Source of the DNA: a virus
Taxonomy: Duplodnaviria > Caudoviricetes
Reading direction: 5' to 3' (one strand)
Length of the DNA: 64,000 nt
IMG/VR virus record: IMGVR_UViG_3300027749_000034
Shown here: one piece after another, positions 43,891 to 53,167 of the stretch
Layout of the letters: each line of letters opens with the position of its first letter
Position numbering within the stretch: position 1 is the first letter of the stretch
Notes under the pieces: generated by a model
Told to the model about the DNA's origin: nothing
Databases searched by the model: none
Seen by the model: the letters and a program-made list of their open reading frames with translations, nothing else
Position numbers and translations under genes: made by a program

Positions 43891-46800
43891 ATGGCTGACA
43901 TAGCTGATCATAAAATAGATGAATTGATAACTGCGATAAATCGTTTGGCTGTGCAAATGGGCAGAGGCAAAGGTGATGGTTCAGTTGGTCAGACTGGTGG
44001 CAAAGCGGCCAACGCCACCAGTGGCAGTAAAGCATTGGATAAAGCTCTTGACTTAAATGCAAAGCAGATAGCCGCCGCAACAAAAAAGCACGGTGAAAAT
44101 AGTAAAGAAGTAGAAAAGTTAAGAAAAAAATTAGAAAAGCTTCGCAATTCAGTTGAAGATACCACAGAAGCACAAGATGAATTAACCAAAGCAACAAAAG
44201 ATTTAGAATGGGAAATGGAAGCCCAGCAGAGAGGAGTCAAGCGATTTGGTAAAGAACTTGCACTTGGAACTGGAACAATTGGCCAATCATTGGGCGGACT
44301 AGCAGAGACATTTAAAGGAGCCAATACTGTTGTTGGCAAGATGTTGTTTGGATTTTCAGCTGGTGCAAGTTTTGCACTGGGAGCAATGAGTGACTTTGCC
44401 AAAGATGCCGCAGGTGTTGGAGGCTTTGCTGACCTGGGTGCATTCAAAGTTGGATCAGTTCGACAAGCAAAATTAATGAGTGGACTTGGAGATAGCTTTA
44501 TAAAAGTTATTTCTGAAAGTAATCAAGGCTTTAAATCTTTTGGCAATGGCAGTCAAGATGCTATAGAAAATTTAAGTGACTTGTCTAGAGGTTTCCGCAA
44601 CGGCAGTAATTTTACCAGGACCTTAAACAATCGTCTAGGCAAAGACTTTGTTAAAGATATTGATAGAGCATCTGTCGCAGTGAGTGAATTGGGAATGAGC
44701 CAGGAAGAACAGGCCATATTGATGGCATCCATTGCACAACAGACAGCACTCAGCGGCAAACGCGGTGACGATGCAGTAAAAGCATCAGCCAAAGCATTTG
44801 CTGATACTGCGGAAAGTGCAAGAAAATTAAGTAATACTTTTGGATTAAGTGCTGAGGAAGTGCTAAAAAGTATCAATGATTTTAAAAGAAGTCTAGCAGG
44901 ACAAACAGCAAGTACACTGGGCATTGAAGGTGCAGAAGATATCAAGATGGCATTGATGAAAGGCACCGGCATGGGCGATAGCGATGCCAATCAGATTGCA
45001 TTGTTGATGCAAGATCAACAGACTCGAGACAAAGGTATTGCTTTTGCAATTGAAAAGATGGGTCCGGAATTTGCAGATACAATTGGCGCAATTGGTCGAA
45101 GTGCCGATGCAGGTGGTGCAGGCGGCAGAAATGGAAAATTTGATTCAGGCGGATTTTCAGCTCAAATGCAACGAGAGGCCGCAGGACTGGCCGCTGGAGG
45201 TGCATCTTCATATAATACCGGCGACCTAAAATACATGGAAGCCAAACAACGACAGTTGAATTTTGGTACTACAATAGGTCAGGCCGCAACCAATGCAGAA
45301 GCTGAAAAGAAGGCCAAAGCAGACCTAGGTGGAACAACATCTGAAGCCGGCAATATCAAAACAATGAATCAACTGGAAGCGGCCCTAAACAGCCTGCGTA
45401 ATGTTATCATTGGACTGACAGCCACTATGGTTGGTGTACTTGGTGTACTGACTCCATTGGTGTTTGGCGGCATAGGAATGGCACTATTTGGCGGCAGTGG
45501 CGGACTTTCTAAAATTGGAAGCATACTGGGCGGAGCACTTGGCAAAGGTGCAGAAGCCGCAAGTGCTGGCGGAAAAATTGTTGGCGGTGTGTTTAGCAAA
45601 GGCGCCGGTAGCGCCGCTGGAGGAGCATTAAGTTCTGTTGGTAGTAAAGCCGGCGGAATGTTCAGCAAGCTAGGTGGTGCCGCCAGTAGTGGCATGAGTG
45701 CGTTTGGCGACTTCCTTGGCAAACTAGGGGACAACAAAACTATCAAAGGTGCAGGAACACTGGCATTGCTAGGTGGTGCCTTGGCCTTGGCCGCACACGG
45801 ATTTAAAACATTTGGTGAAGTCACTTGGGAAGGCATGCTTAAAGGAACAATTGCATTAGGAGGCCTAATAGGAATTGCAAAATTATTAGACAAAGGTTCT
45901 AATTCAATATTAAAAGGTGCAGGTGTTATTGCAATCTTGGGTGCATCACTATTAGTATCAGCAGTTGGATTTAAAATATTTAATGAAGTTGAATGGAGTA
46001 GTTTAATTAAAGGAGCAGGCGCTATAGGTATACTAGGCGTAGCGGCTTCATTGCTAGGCGGTATGTCGGCCAGTATTCTAATAGGTGCATTAGCAATTGG
46101 CGCACTAGGTGCCGCAATGTGGGTAGCAGGAAAAGGCTTTCAATCATTTAATAAAGTAAATTGGGGTAGTTTAATAAAAGGGACTATTGCACTTGGCATA
46201 CTTGGAGCCGCAGTCTTTGCACTTGGTACAATAATGATGTCAGGTGCTGGAGCAGTATTGTTTGGTGCTGGCCTATTAGCAATGGCCGCTCTTGGAGTAA
46301 CTGCCGCGGGGATGGGTCTAGCACTTGGTGTTGCAAGCATTGGAATGAAGCCGTTTGCCGAGTCATTAAAAATGATTGGTGATGTAAGCGGCTCTAATTT
46401 AATGATGGTAGGTCTAGGGCTTGGTGCTATTGCACTAGGTATGGCGGCATTTACTGCCGCGGCAATTGCGGCATCTGCAGGTGGAATTATATCTGGACTA
46501 CTTGGATTAGTTGGATCTAAGAGCCCGTTAGAACGCATCATACAACTGGCTCCAATGGCAGACAAGATTGAAAAGTTAGGCAACGGCATTAAAAATTTCG
46601 GTACAGGTCTGCTTGATATCAACGCTGGATTGAGTGGATTTGATAAAGATGCATTAGGTAATTTCAAAGACCAATTGTTGGAGTTTGCCAAAGCTGGTGC
46701 CAGTGATGAAGTTAGATTGACAGCACAGTATTTGACAGAAATTGGCAAAGCAATGACACAGATGAAAGATGCTGGTCAAATTCAATTGCCAAGCTCAAGC

Positions 46801-47016
46801 GACATGTCAATACCTGGCGTGTCAGGAACTGTGCCAACCGCAGAGTCGTTGAGCGCAGGAGAATCAATTGTGACCAATCGTTTAAATGCAACGCCGTTGA
46901 CTCCGGAAATTTTGACTCAAGCAATGAGTTATCTGTCGTCCATTGTTGGTGATTTAGATGCCATCCGAGGAAATACTCGTGGTTCTGAAGCAAATACTCC
47001 GGTAAGGCTGAGTTAA
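43891..47016 (+). CDS. Tail tape measure protein
   Basis: 1041 aa, A/G-rich and helical, with hydrophobic 56-aa repeats; divergent from the gp26-like gene. Confidence 0.75.
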   Translation: MADIADHKIDELITAINRLAVQMGRGKGDGSVGQTGGKAANATSGSKALDKALDLNAKQIAAATKKHGENSKEVEKLRKKLEKLRNSVEDTTEAQDELTKATKDLEWEMEAQQRGVKRFGKELALGTGTIGQSLGGLAETFKGANTVVGKMLFGFSAGASFALGAMSDFAKDAAGVGGFADLGAFKVGSVRQAKLMSGLGDSFIKVISESNQGFKSFGNGSQDAIENLSDLSRGFRNGSNFTRTLNNRLGKDFVKDIDRASVAVSELGMSQEEQAILMASIAQQTALSGKRGDDAVKASAKAFADTAESARKLSNTFGLSAEEVLKSINDFKRSLAGQTASTLGIEGAEDIKMALMKGTGMGDSDANQIALLMQDQQTRDKGIAFAIEKMGPEFADTIGAIGRSADAGGAGGRNGKFDSGGFSAQMQREAAGLAAGGASSYNTGDLKYMEAKQRQLNFGTTIGQAATNAEAEKKAKADLGGTTSEAGNIKTMNQLEAALNSLRNVIIGLTATMVGVLGVLTPLVFGGIGMALFGGSGGLSKIGSILGGALGKGAEAASAGGKIVGGVFSKGAGSAAGGALSSVGSKAGGMFSKLGGAASSGMSAFGDFLGKLGDNKTIKGAGTLALLGGALALAAHGFKTFGEVTWEGMLKGTIALGGLIGIAKLLDKGSNSILKGAGVIAILGASLLVSAVGFKIFNEVEWSSLIKGAGAIGILGVAASLLGGMSASILIGALAIGALGAAMWVAGKGFQSFNKVNWGSLIKGTIALGILGAAVFALGTIMMSGAGAVLFGAGLLAMAALGVTAAGMGLALGVASIGMKPFAESLKMIGDVSGSNLMMVGLGLGAIALGMAAFTAAAIAASAGGIISGLLGLVGSKSPLERIIQLAPMADKIEKLGNGIKNFGTGLLDINAGLSGFDKDALGNFKDQLLEFAKAGASDEVRLTAQYLTEIGKAMTQMKDAGQIQLPSSSDMSIPGVSGTVPTAESLSAGESIVTNRLNATPLTPEILTQAMSYLSSIVGDLDAIRGNTRGSEANTPVRLS

Positions 47017-47026
47017 TAAAATAAGG

Positions 47027-47032
47027 TAAGTA
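47027..47032 (+). promoter_or_regulatory. Late promoter variant TAAGTA
   Basis: 8 nt before the portal ATG. Confidence 0.45.
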
Positions 47033-47040
47033 AGCTAACT

Positions 47041-48723
47041 ATGTCATGGCGAAAACACTTTAAAATCTGGGATCCAGAAACCGAACTTACTTCAAGTAAT
47101 CGAGGTGGATCATCTGCGGCTTCGGCCAAATACTCATCTTGGCTACAAGATGTATACACTGGACAACCAAACCGTGTTGATCGTTATGGTCAATATGATT
47201 TGATGGATGCGGACTCAGAAGTCAATGCCGCATTGGATACCATTGCTGAGTTCTGTACACAAGCAGAACTAGATACAAATTTACCTTTCCGAATCATGTG
47301 GAAAGAAGATCCAACCGATAGTGAAAGCAAGATTGTACAAGAGTCACTGAAGAAGTGGTGTGCAATTAACAAAATGGATCAACGCATTTTTAGAATGTTC
47401 CGTAGTGCCATCAAATATGGAGATCAGTTCTTCATGCGCGATCCGGAAACATTTGAGTTGTACTGGGTAAATCCATCAGATGTCAAACGAGCAGTTATCA
47501 ATGAAGCAGAAGGCAGAGATGTTGAACAGTATGTCATTAGCAATGTGCATCCAAACTTTGCTTCAAAGGTTGCAACAAAACCCATTGACAATGTCAAAAC
47601 ACTTTCAACCATGGGTGCTACTCCACAAGGGCCATATCCTGCAACTGGCGTAAACTATTCAAAGGCAGGCCAGCAGGTACAAGAAGTAGCCATCGATAGT
47701 GAACATATAATTCATATGACACTAAACGAAGGACTTGATGGAACTTGGCCGTTTGGCAACAGTATATTAGACAGCGTGTTTAAAATCTACAAGCAAAAAG
47801 AAATGCTTGAAGATGCAGTTATTATCTATCGTGTACAACGAGCACCAGAACGCAGAGTATTCTATATTGACACAGGTAATTTGCCGGCACACCAAGCTAT
47901 GGCATTCGTTGAGCGTGTTAAAAACGAAATTCACCAGCGTAGAATTCCAACCCGCACAGGTGGCGGAGCAACAATGGATGCAAGTTATAATCCATTGACC
48001 ATGCTAGAAGATTTCTTCTTTGCCACAACTGCTGATGGTCGTGGAAGTAAAGTTGAAACATTACCTGGCGGCTCAGGACTAGGTGAAATCGACGATTTAA
48101 AGTACTTTAACAACAAGTTATTGCGTGGTCTGCGTATCCCAAGTAGCTATTTGCCAACTGGTCCAGACGATAGTGCCGCAGTTTATACAGATGGAAAACT
48201 GGGTACTGCAATGATTCAAGAGTACCGTTTTAACAGATATTGTCGTAGGCTACAGGGGCTAATTGCTCCGTATCTCGACCGTGAATTCAAGGCTTTTATG
48301 AAGAATAGAGGCGTAAATCTTGACAGTTCTGACTTTGACATTGACTTGTTAGAGCCACAAAACTTCAGCGGATACCGTGAAATTGAAATTGATGGAGCTC
48401 GTGCAGGTGTGTTTAGTCAACTTGCTGAGATTCCATATCTAAGCCATAGATTTAAACTGAAGAAGTACTTGGGCTTGGATGATGACGAACTGTTAGAAAA
48501 CGAAACGCTGTGGCGTGAAGAAAATCAAGGTGAAGAAGCAGTAGACATGAGCGGAGAAACAGGAGCAGGATTTAGCGCAACCGGTGTATCTGGACCAAAT
48601 GACAGTGATTTAGACCTGTCAGGTGGTCTTGATGCCAATCCAGCAGAAGGTCCAGAAGGTGGAGCCGACGCAGGAGCACCTGCCGCAGATCTAGGAACAC
48701 CACCAGCACCGCCTGGAACTTAA
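47041..48723 (+). CDS. gp20: Portal protein
   Basis: YRVQRAPERRVFYIDTGNLP, MLEDFFF...GRGSKVETLPGG, YFNNKLLRGLRIPSSYL. Confidence 0.96.
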   Translation: MSWRKHFKIWDPETELTSSNRGGSSAASAKYSSWLQDVYTGQPNRVDRYGQYDLMDADSEVNAALDTIAEFCTQAELDTNLPFRIMWKEDPTDSESKIVQESLKKWCAINKMDQRIFRMFRSAIKYGDQFFMRDPETFELYWVNPSDVKRAVINEAEGRDVEQYVISNVHPNFASKVATKPIDNVKTLSTMGATPQGPYPATGVNYSKAGQQVQEVAIDSEHIIHMTLNEGLDGTWPFGNSILDSVFKIYKQKEMLEDAVIIYRVQRAPERRVFYIDTGNLPAHQAMAFVERVKNEIHQRRIPTRTGGGATMDASYNPLTMLEDFFFATTADGRGSKVETLPGGSGLGEIDDLKYFNNKLLRGLRIPSSYLPTGPDDSAAVYTDGKLGTAMIQEYRFNRYCRRLQGLIAPYLDREFKAFMKNRGVNLDSSDFDIDLLEPQNFSGYREIEIDGARAGVFSQLAEIPYLSHRFKLKKYLGLDDDELLENETLWREENQGEEAVDMSGETGAGFSATGVSGPNDSDLDLSGGLDANPAEGPEGGADAGAPAADLGTPPAPPGT

Positions 48724-48736
48724 ATTACATTTTGGA

Positions 48737-48742
48737 TAAGTA
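48737..48742 (+). promoter_or_regulatory. Late promoter variant TAAGTA, 5 nt before ATG
   Basis: TAAGTA-CACTT-ATG, no SD. Confidence 0.55.
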
Positions 48743-48747
48743 CACTT

Positions 48748-48960
48748 ATGAGATTCAATGATTTAATGGCCAACCAAGATGAGATCGACAAAGAAATTGA
48801 TCCTGAAGTTGCTTTCTTTGGCGATTTGCGTAGGAAGCGTTTGACGCTTGAACATGTGAATCGTTTAAGAAAAATCAGAGATTTACGGAAATACGAAACA
48901 AAACAACGATTACAATTAGTCAAAAAAATGTATGCTCGCCCTGTCGAGCAGTCAATGTAA
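48748..48960 (+). CDS. Small basic hypothetical protein in the head gene cluster
   Basis: 70 aa; RRKRLTLEHVNRLRKIR. Confidence 0.7.
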   Translation: MRFNDLMANQDEIDKEIDPEVAFFGDLRRKRLTLEHVNRLRKIRDLRKYETKQRLQLVKKMYARPVEQSM

Positions 48961-49032
48961 TAAAATTGTAATCTTTCAGTAGAAAAACACCGTTTTTTCT
49001 ACCATATGAACTTCATTATAGTGTGCCAATAG

Positions 49033-49038
49033 TAAGTA
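49033..49038 (+). promoter_or_regulatory. Late promoter variant TAAGTA inside an inverted repeat
   Basis: CCAATA-G-TAAGTA-GT-TATTGG upstream of the prohead operon. Confidence 0.5.
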
Positions 49039-49091
49039 GTTATTGGTAAAGCACATTCTTATGTGTGCCCCTTAGCGCAAGGAGACTAATA

Positions 49092-49901
49092 ATGAGTAAA
49101 ACAGTTCTAGAACAGGCATTAGATCATCTTTTGAATAAAGAAGAAGATAAAGCTAGTGCGTTGTTACATGATTACTATGTAAGCGTTGGTCGTCAGGTCT
49201 ATGAAGACATTATGACTGATGATGATCAAGAAGATCAACAACAAGAAGCTATCAATTCCGTAGACGAAGTTGATGCAGATTTAACACAAGAAGCCGAAGG
49301 CGATGAAGAAGCCGGTATCCAAGATTTGGAAGTACCAGCTGATGATTTAGAAGCCGGCATGGACAATGGCGAAGAAGGTGCAGAACCAGTTAGTTCTGAT
49401 GCCGCTGATGTTGCTGACGCAATGTTAGATGTAGAATCAGCCCTGGCCAAACTAAAAGCAGAATTTGAAGAGATGGTATCCGGTGAAGGTGACCAGGATT
49501 CAGAAATGGGTCCAGAAATGGGTGCTGACGACAATGCCGAAGAAATGCCAATGCCAACAGGCGAGTCTTTAGAAGAAGCTCTAGAATTACAACGAGTAAA
49601 ACTAGATGCCAATTCAGAAGGCCAAGCAGTAGGCGCCGGTTCAGGTGCAAATAGTGTAACAGGTGCTACTAATACTACTAGCCCAGTTGCAAAACGCAAC
49701 CCAATGATGGCTCGTCCATCAACATCATTTGGTGGAAGCACAAGTGGAGAAGGCGTTGCCAGCGGCACATCACCAGCTAAAGCACCAAGTTCACAAGATT
49801 TAGGCGGAACAACTCGCCCAGCAGTTAGCAAGGTTGCAAAACCTGGTGCCGCTCCTGGACGCGAAGCTGGTTCAAGTTCTTCAGTCTTACCAAAGGGTTA
49901 A
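49092..49901 (+). CDS. Acidic prohead core protein (gp67/gp68-like position)
   Basis: Very D/E-rich, between portal and protease. ATG 49092 is preferred (AAGGAG SD upstream). Confidence 0.6.
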   Translation: MSKTVLEQALDHLLNKEEDKASALLHDYYVSVGRQVYEDIMTDDDQEDQQQEAINSVDEVDADLTQEAEGDEEAGIQDLEVPADDLEAGMDNGEEGAEPVSSDAADVADAMLDVESALAKLKAEFEEMVSGEGDQDSEMGPEMGADDNAEEMPMPTGESLEEALELQRVKLDANSEGQAVGAGSGANSVTGATNTTSPVAKRNPMMARPSTSFGGSTSGEGVASGTSPAKAPSSQDLGGTTRPAVSKVAKPGAAPGREAGSSSSVLPKG

Positions 49902-49904
49902 ACC

Positions 49905-50546
49905 ATGCAGAACCTACAGCCACTACGCGAAAACTTATCTTTTGATCAAGCCCAAATGGTTCTTGAAACTAAAGACACGGCCAGTGGCGGTAAGGATCTC
50001 TACATGAAAGGTGTTTTTATTCAAGGTGGAGTACGCAATCACAATCAGCGTATCTACCCTGTAAATGAAATCACCAATGCTGTAGAGAGCATTCGTAAAC
50101 GATTAGATAGTGGTTTCTCCGTCCTTGGAGAAGCAGATCATCCAGACGATCTACAAGTGAACATTGACCGAGTAAGTCATATGGTCACTGAAATGTGGAT
50201 GGATGGCCCCAATGGTTATGGTAAATTAAAACTTATCCCAACCCCAATGGGTAACATTATCAAAACATTACTTGAAAGTGGTGTAAAGTTAGGCGTCAGC
50301 AGTCGCGGCTCAGGAAATGTCCAGGAATCTGGTAATGTTTCCGAATTTGAGATTGTCACTGTTGATGTGGTAGCACAACCAAGTGCTCCAGAAGCTTATC
50401 CAACACCAATTTATGAACGAGTAATGGGCAGTCGTAGACGTGCCGCTCTAATGGATGTGGCCTACGCGGCGACCTACGATAGGTCCGCACAAAAACACCT
50501 CGAAAATGAGGTTACTAGATTCATTACGAATCTAAAGAAAGTCTGA
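49905..50546 (+). CDS. gp21: Prohead protease
   Basis: GVFIQG..RNHNQRIYP, GEADHP, GVSSRGSG, DVVAQPSAPEAYP. Confidence 0.95.
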   Translation: MQNLQPLRENLSFDQAQMVLETKDTASGGKDLYMKGVFIQGGVRNHNQRIYPVNEITNAVESIRKRLDSGFSVLGEADHPDDLQVNIDRVSHMVTEMWMDGPNGYGKLKLIPTPMGNIIKTLLESGVKLGVSSRGSGNVQESGNVSEFEIVTVDVVAQPSAPEAYPTPIYERVMGSRRRAALMDVAYAATYDRSAQKHLENEVTRFITNLKKV

Positions 50547-50556
50547 GGAAAAAACC

Positions 50557-51669
50557 ATGAGTAATTTTACAGAGATGTTGGGCTCAGTTGTTTTATCCGA
50601 AGAGGTGCGTGAGAATATCAACGCCGCTTGGGAAAAACATATAGCCGAAAGCCGTGAAACTGTAACGGCAGAATTGCGTGAAGAATTTGCTTCACGCTAC
50701 GAGCATGATAGAGGACAACTTATCGAAGCAATGGATAAGTTAATGCAAGATACTATCAATGCAGGAGCAACAGATTTAAAATCACTGCGTGAACAAGCAA
50801 TTGTTCAGCGTGTGAAGTATGCTACAAAGATCAAAGAAGATGCTACAATGCTACAAAAATTGGTACTGGAAACACTTGCCAAAGAAATTGCAGAACTTCG
50901 TGGCGATCGTGGCGCACAAAAACAAAGTATTGCTCGCTTAGAAGAATTTGCATTACGCAAGTTAACAGGCGAATTAACTGAATTGCATGAAGATCATAAG
51001 GCATTGGTAAACGCTCGCGTAAAACTAGTGTCTGAGGGTCGTAAAGCAATTAATGAAACTCGTACAGCTTTCATTCAGAAAGCCAGTAGCAAGATCAACG
51101 GTCTAGTTACAGAGTCATTCAAGAAAGAAATGTCACAGTTAAAAACAGATATTCGTGAAGCAAAAGAAAACAACTTTGGTCGTAAGATCATGGAAGCTTT
51201 TGCCGCAGAATTTATGGCATCTAAGTTTGCAGACGGTACTGCCGTTAGCCAGCTTAACAAATCAATTATCGAAATTCAAGGCCAATTGGCCGAGGCTAAT
51301 ACAAAACTAACACATAAAGAAGTACAAATTAGCGAGTCGCTTCGTCGTCAGCGCATTGCGGAAGATCAAGCACAGCGAGTTCGCGTTATGCAAGAATTAT
51401 GTTCACCATTGTCGAAAGACAAGCGTGGCGTTATGGAAGAGTTATTAGAAGGTACTGATACCAGTAAACTAAAAGACCAATTCCAGAAATACTTGCCATC
51501 TGTTCTAAACGAAGAAGTTCGTCGAGAGAAGAAACAACTAGTTGAAGGACAGCAATCACAGAAGACTGTGGTTACAGGTAACAAAGCTCTTAATGAGTCA
51601 GTTACTGCCCCAGCCGAAGCTGATGATACTATTCAGCAACTTCGTAAACTCGCTGGAATTAAGAATTAA
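50557..51669 (+). CDS. gp22: Prohead scaffolding protein
   Basis: Coiled-coil, E-rich, between protease and capsid genes. Confidence 0.8.
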   Translation: MSNFTEMLGSVVLSEEVRENINAAWEKHIAESRETVTAELREEFASRYEHDRGQLIEAMDKLMQDTINAGATDLKSLREQAIVQRVKYATKIKEDATMLQKLVLETLAKEIAELRGDRGAQKQSIARLEEFALRKLTGELTELHEDHKALVNARVKLVSEGRKAINETRTAFIQKASSKINGLVTESFKKEMSQLKTDIREAKENNFGRKIMEAFAAEFMASKFADGTAVSQLNKSIIEIQGQLAEANTKLTHKEVQISESLRRQRIAEDQAQRVRVMQELCSPLSKDKRGVMEELLEGTDTSKLKDQFQKYLPSVLNEEVRREKKQLVEGQQSQKTVVTGNKALNESVTAPAEADDTIQQLRKLAGIKN

Positions 51670-51686
51670 TTAAGGAGACATACAAA

Positions 51687-52886
51687 ATGTCACAAGCTCT
51701 ATTTGAAGCTAAAAATTGGTCTGCTACCAAGCAGGCTTTGACAGAAGGCCTAACTGGACAACGCAAGTCCACAATGGAAGTCTGTTTAGAAAATACTAAA
51801 AAGTATTTGACAGAAACTGCAACTGCTGGTGCAACTGCACAGGGTAATGTTGCTGTTCTAAACAAGGTTATTTTGCCAGTTATTCGTCGTGTAATGCCAA
51901 CAACCATTGCTAACGAATTAGTTGGTGTACAACCAATGCAAGGCCCAGTATCGCAGATCCACACATTGCGTGTGCGTTATGCAGATGCCGCATCCGCAAG
52001 TTCAGCCGTAAGCGGCAACGTCGGTAAAGCTATTACTGCAAATGATGAAGCTCTAAGCCCATTCAGCATTGCTACTCAGTATTCTGGTAGCTCAGCTGGT
52101 AAAGCTGAAACCACAGGCACATTAGAAGGTGCCGCTGGTAAGAGAATGAACATCCAGATCTTGAAAGAGACTGTAGAAGCTAAGAGCCGTAGGTTATCAG
52201 CTCGTTGGACATTTGAAGCCGCTCAAGACGCACAAGCCATTCATGGTGTTGACGTTGAAGCAGAAATCATGGCCGCTCTAGCACAAGAAATTACTGCTGA
52301 AATCGACCAAGAAATCATTGGTTCATTGATTGGTTTAGCAGGTAGTGTATTTGGTACATATGACCAAGGTGCAGTTTCTGGTACAGCCAACTTCGTTGGT
52401 GACCAACACGCCGCATTGGCTGTGTTGATCAACCGTGCCGCTAACGACATCGCTAGCCGTACACGTCGTGGTGCAGGTAACTACATTGTTATTAGCCCAA
52501 CAGCGTTGACAATCCTACAATCTGCTACTACCAGCGCATTTGCTCGTACAACAGAAGGTACATTCGAAGCTCCTACAAATACAAAGTTTGTTGGTACATT
52601 GAACAGTTCAGTTCGCGTATATGTTAACCATTACGCTGGCGACGCCGCTCCAGTTCTAGTTGGATACAAAGGTGCAAATGAGATGGATGCTCCTGCATTC
52701 TATTGCCCATACATTCCATTGATGAGTTCTGGTGTTGTGTTAGATCCATCAACATTTGAACCAACTGTCAGCTTCATGACACGATATGGTTATGTTGAAT
52801 TATCAAATGCGTCAAACTCTTTGGGTAACGCTTCTGATTATGTTAACACAATTGCTATCGATGCAACTAACCTAAGCTTCATCTAA
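51687..52886 (+). CDS. gp23: Major capsid protein
   Basis: LPVIRRVMPTTIANELVGVQPMQGP, VEAKSRRLSARWTFEAAQD, FYCPYIPL, FMTRYG. Confidence 0.97.
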   Translation: MSQALFEAKNWSATKQALTEGLTGQRKSTMEVCLENTKKYLTETATAGATAQGNVAVLNKVILPVIRRVMPTTIANELVGVQPMQGPVSQIHTLRVRYADAASASSAVSGNVGKAITANDEALSPFSIATQYSGSSAGKAETTGTLEGAAGKRMNIQILKETVEAKSRRLSARWTFEAAQDAQAIHGVDVEAEIMAALAQEITAEIDQEIIGSLIGLAGSVFGTYDQGAVSGTANFVGDQHAALAVLINRAANDIASRTRRGAGNYIVISPTALTILQSATTSAFARTTEGTFEAPTNTKFVGTLNSSVRVYVNHYAGDAAPVLVGYKGANEMDAPAFYCPYIPLMSSGVVLDPSTFEPTVSFMTRYGYVELSNASNSLGNASDYVNTIAIDATNLSFI

Positions 52887-52910
52887 TCTACTGATTAGTT
52901 AAGTTTATAC

Positions 52911-52936
52911 AAAAAGGGCTCTTCGGAGCCCTTTTT
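52911..52936. terminator. Intrinsic (bidirectional) terminator
   Basis: AAAAAGGGCTC-TTCG-GAGCCCTTTTT directly after the capsid gene. Confidence 0.92.
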
Positions 52937-52943
52937 CATTGCA

Positions 52944-52949
52944 TAAGTA
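52944..52949 (+). promoter_or_regulatory. Late promoter variant TAAGTA
   Basis: Immediately after the terminator and 4 nt before ATG 52954. Confidence 0.5.
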
Positions 52950-52953
52950 CAGC

Positions 52954-53157
52954 ATGTTTGTAGATATAAAAACAAAATTGGAACGGGCCAGCCACTGTCA
53001 AAAGTGTGAATGGTACTATAGACCTGCAAGACAATGTAGACAATGTGGATGCTTTATAAATTTTAAAATAATTTTAGAAAGCGAATCTTGCCCAATAGGT
53101 AAATGGACCAAAATACATACTGCAAAAACATCCGCTTTGGTAAATACTCCTAAATAA
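52954..53157 (+). CDS. Small Cys-rich protein
   Basis: CQKC...CRQCGC...CPIGKW. ATG 52954 is preferred over the tracked TTG 52939. Confidence 0.65.
   Translation: MFVDIKTKLERASHCQKCEWYYRPARQCRQCGCFINFKIILESESCPIGKWTKIHTAKTSALVNTPK
53141..53156 (+). promoter_or_regulatory. Tandem late promoter cores TAAATA (53141, 53151)
   Basis: Upstream of the AAGGAGG SD of the holin-like gene. Confidence 0.5.
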
Positions 53158-53167
53158 GGAGGCCGCA

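Noticed and set aside
43989-46993. Long antisense ORFs opposite the tape measure gene, and similar ones opposite the capsid and fibre genes
   Set aside because: They are low-complexity antisense shadows of A/G/T-rich codons, with no RBS or recognisable motifs.
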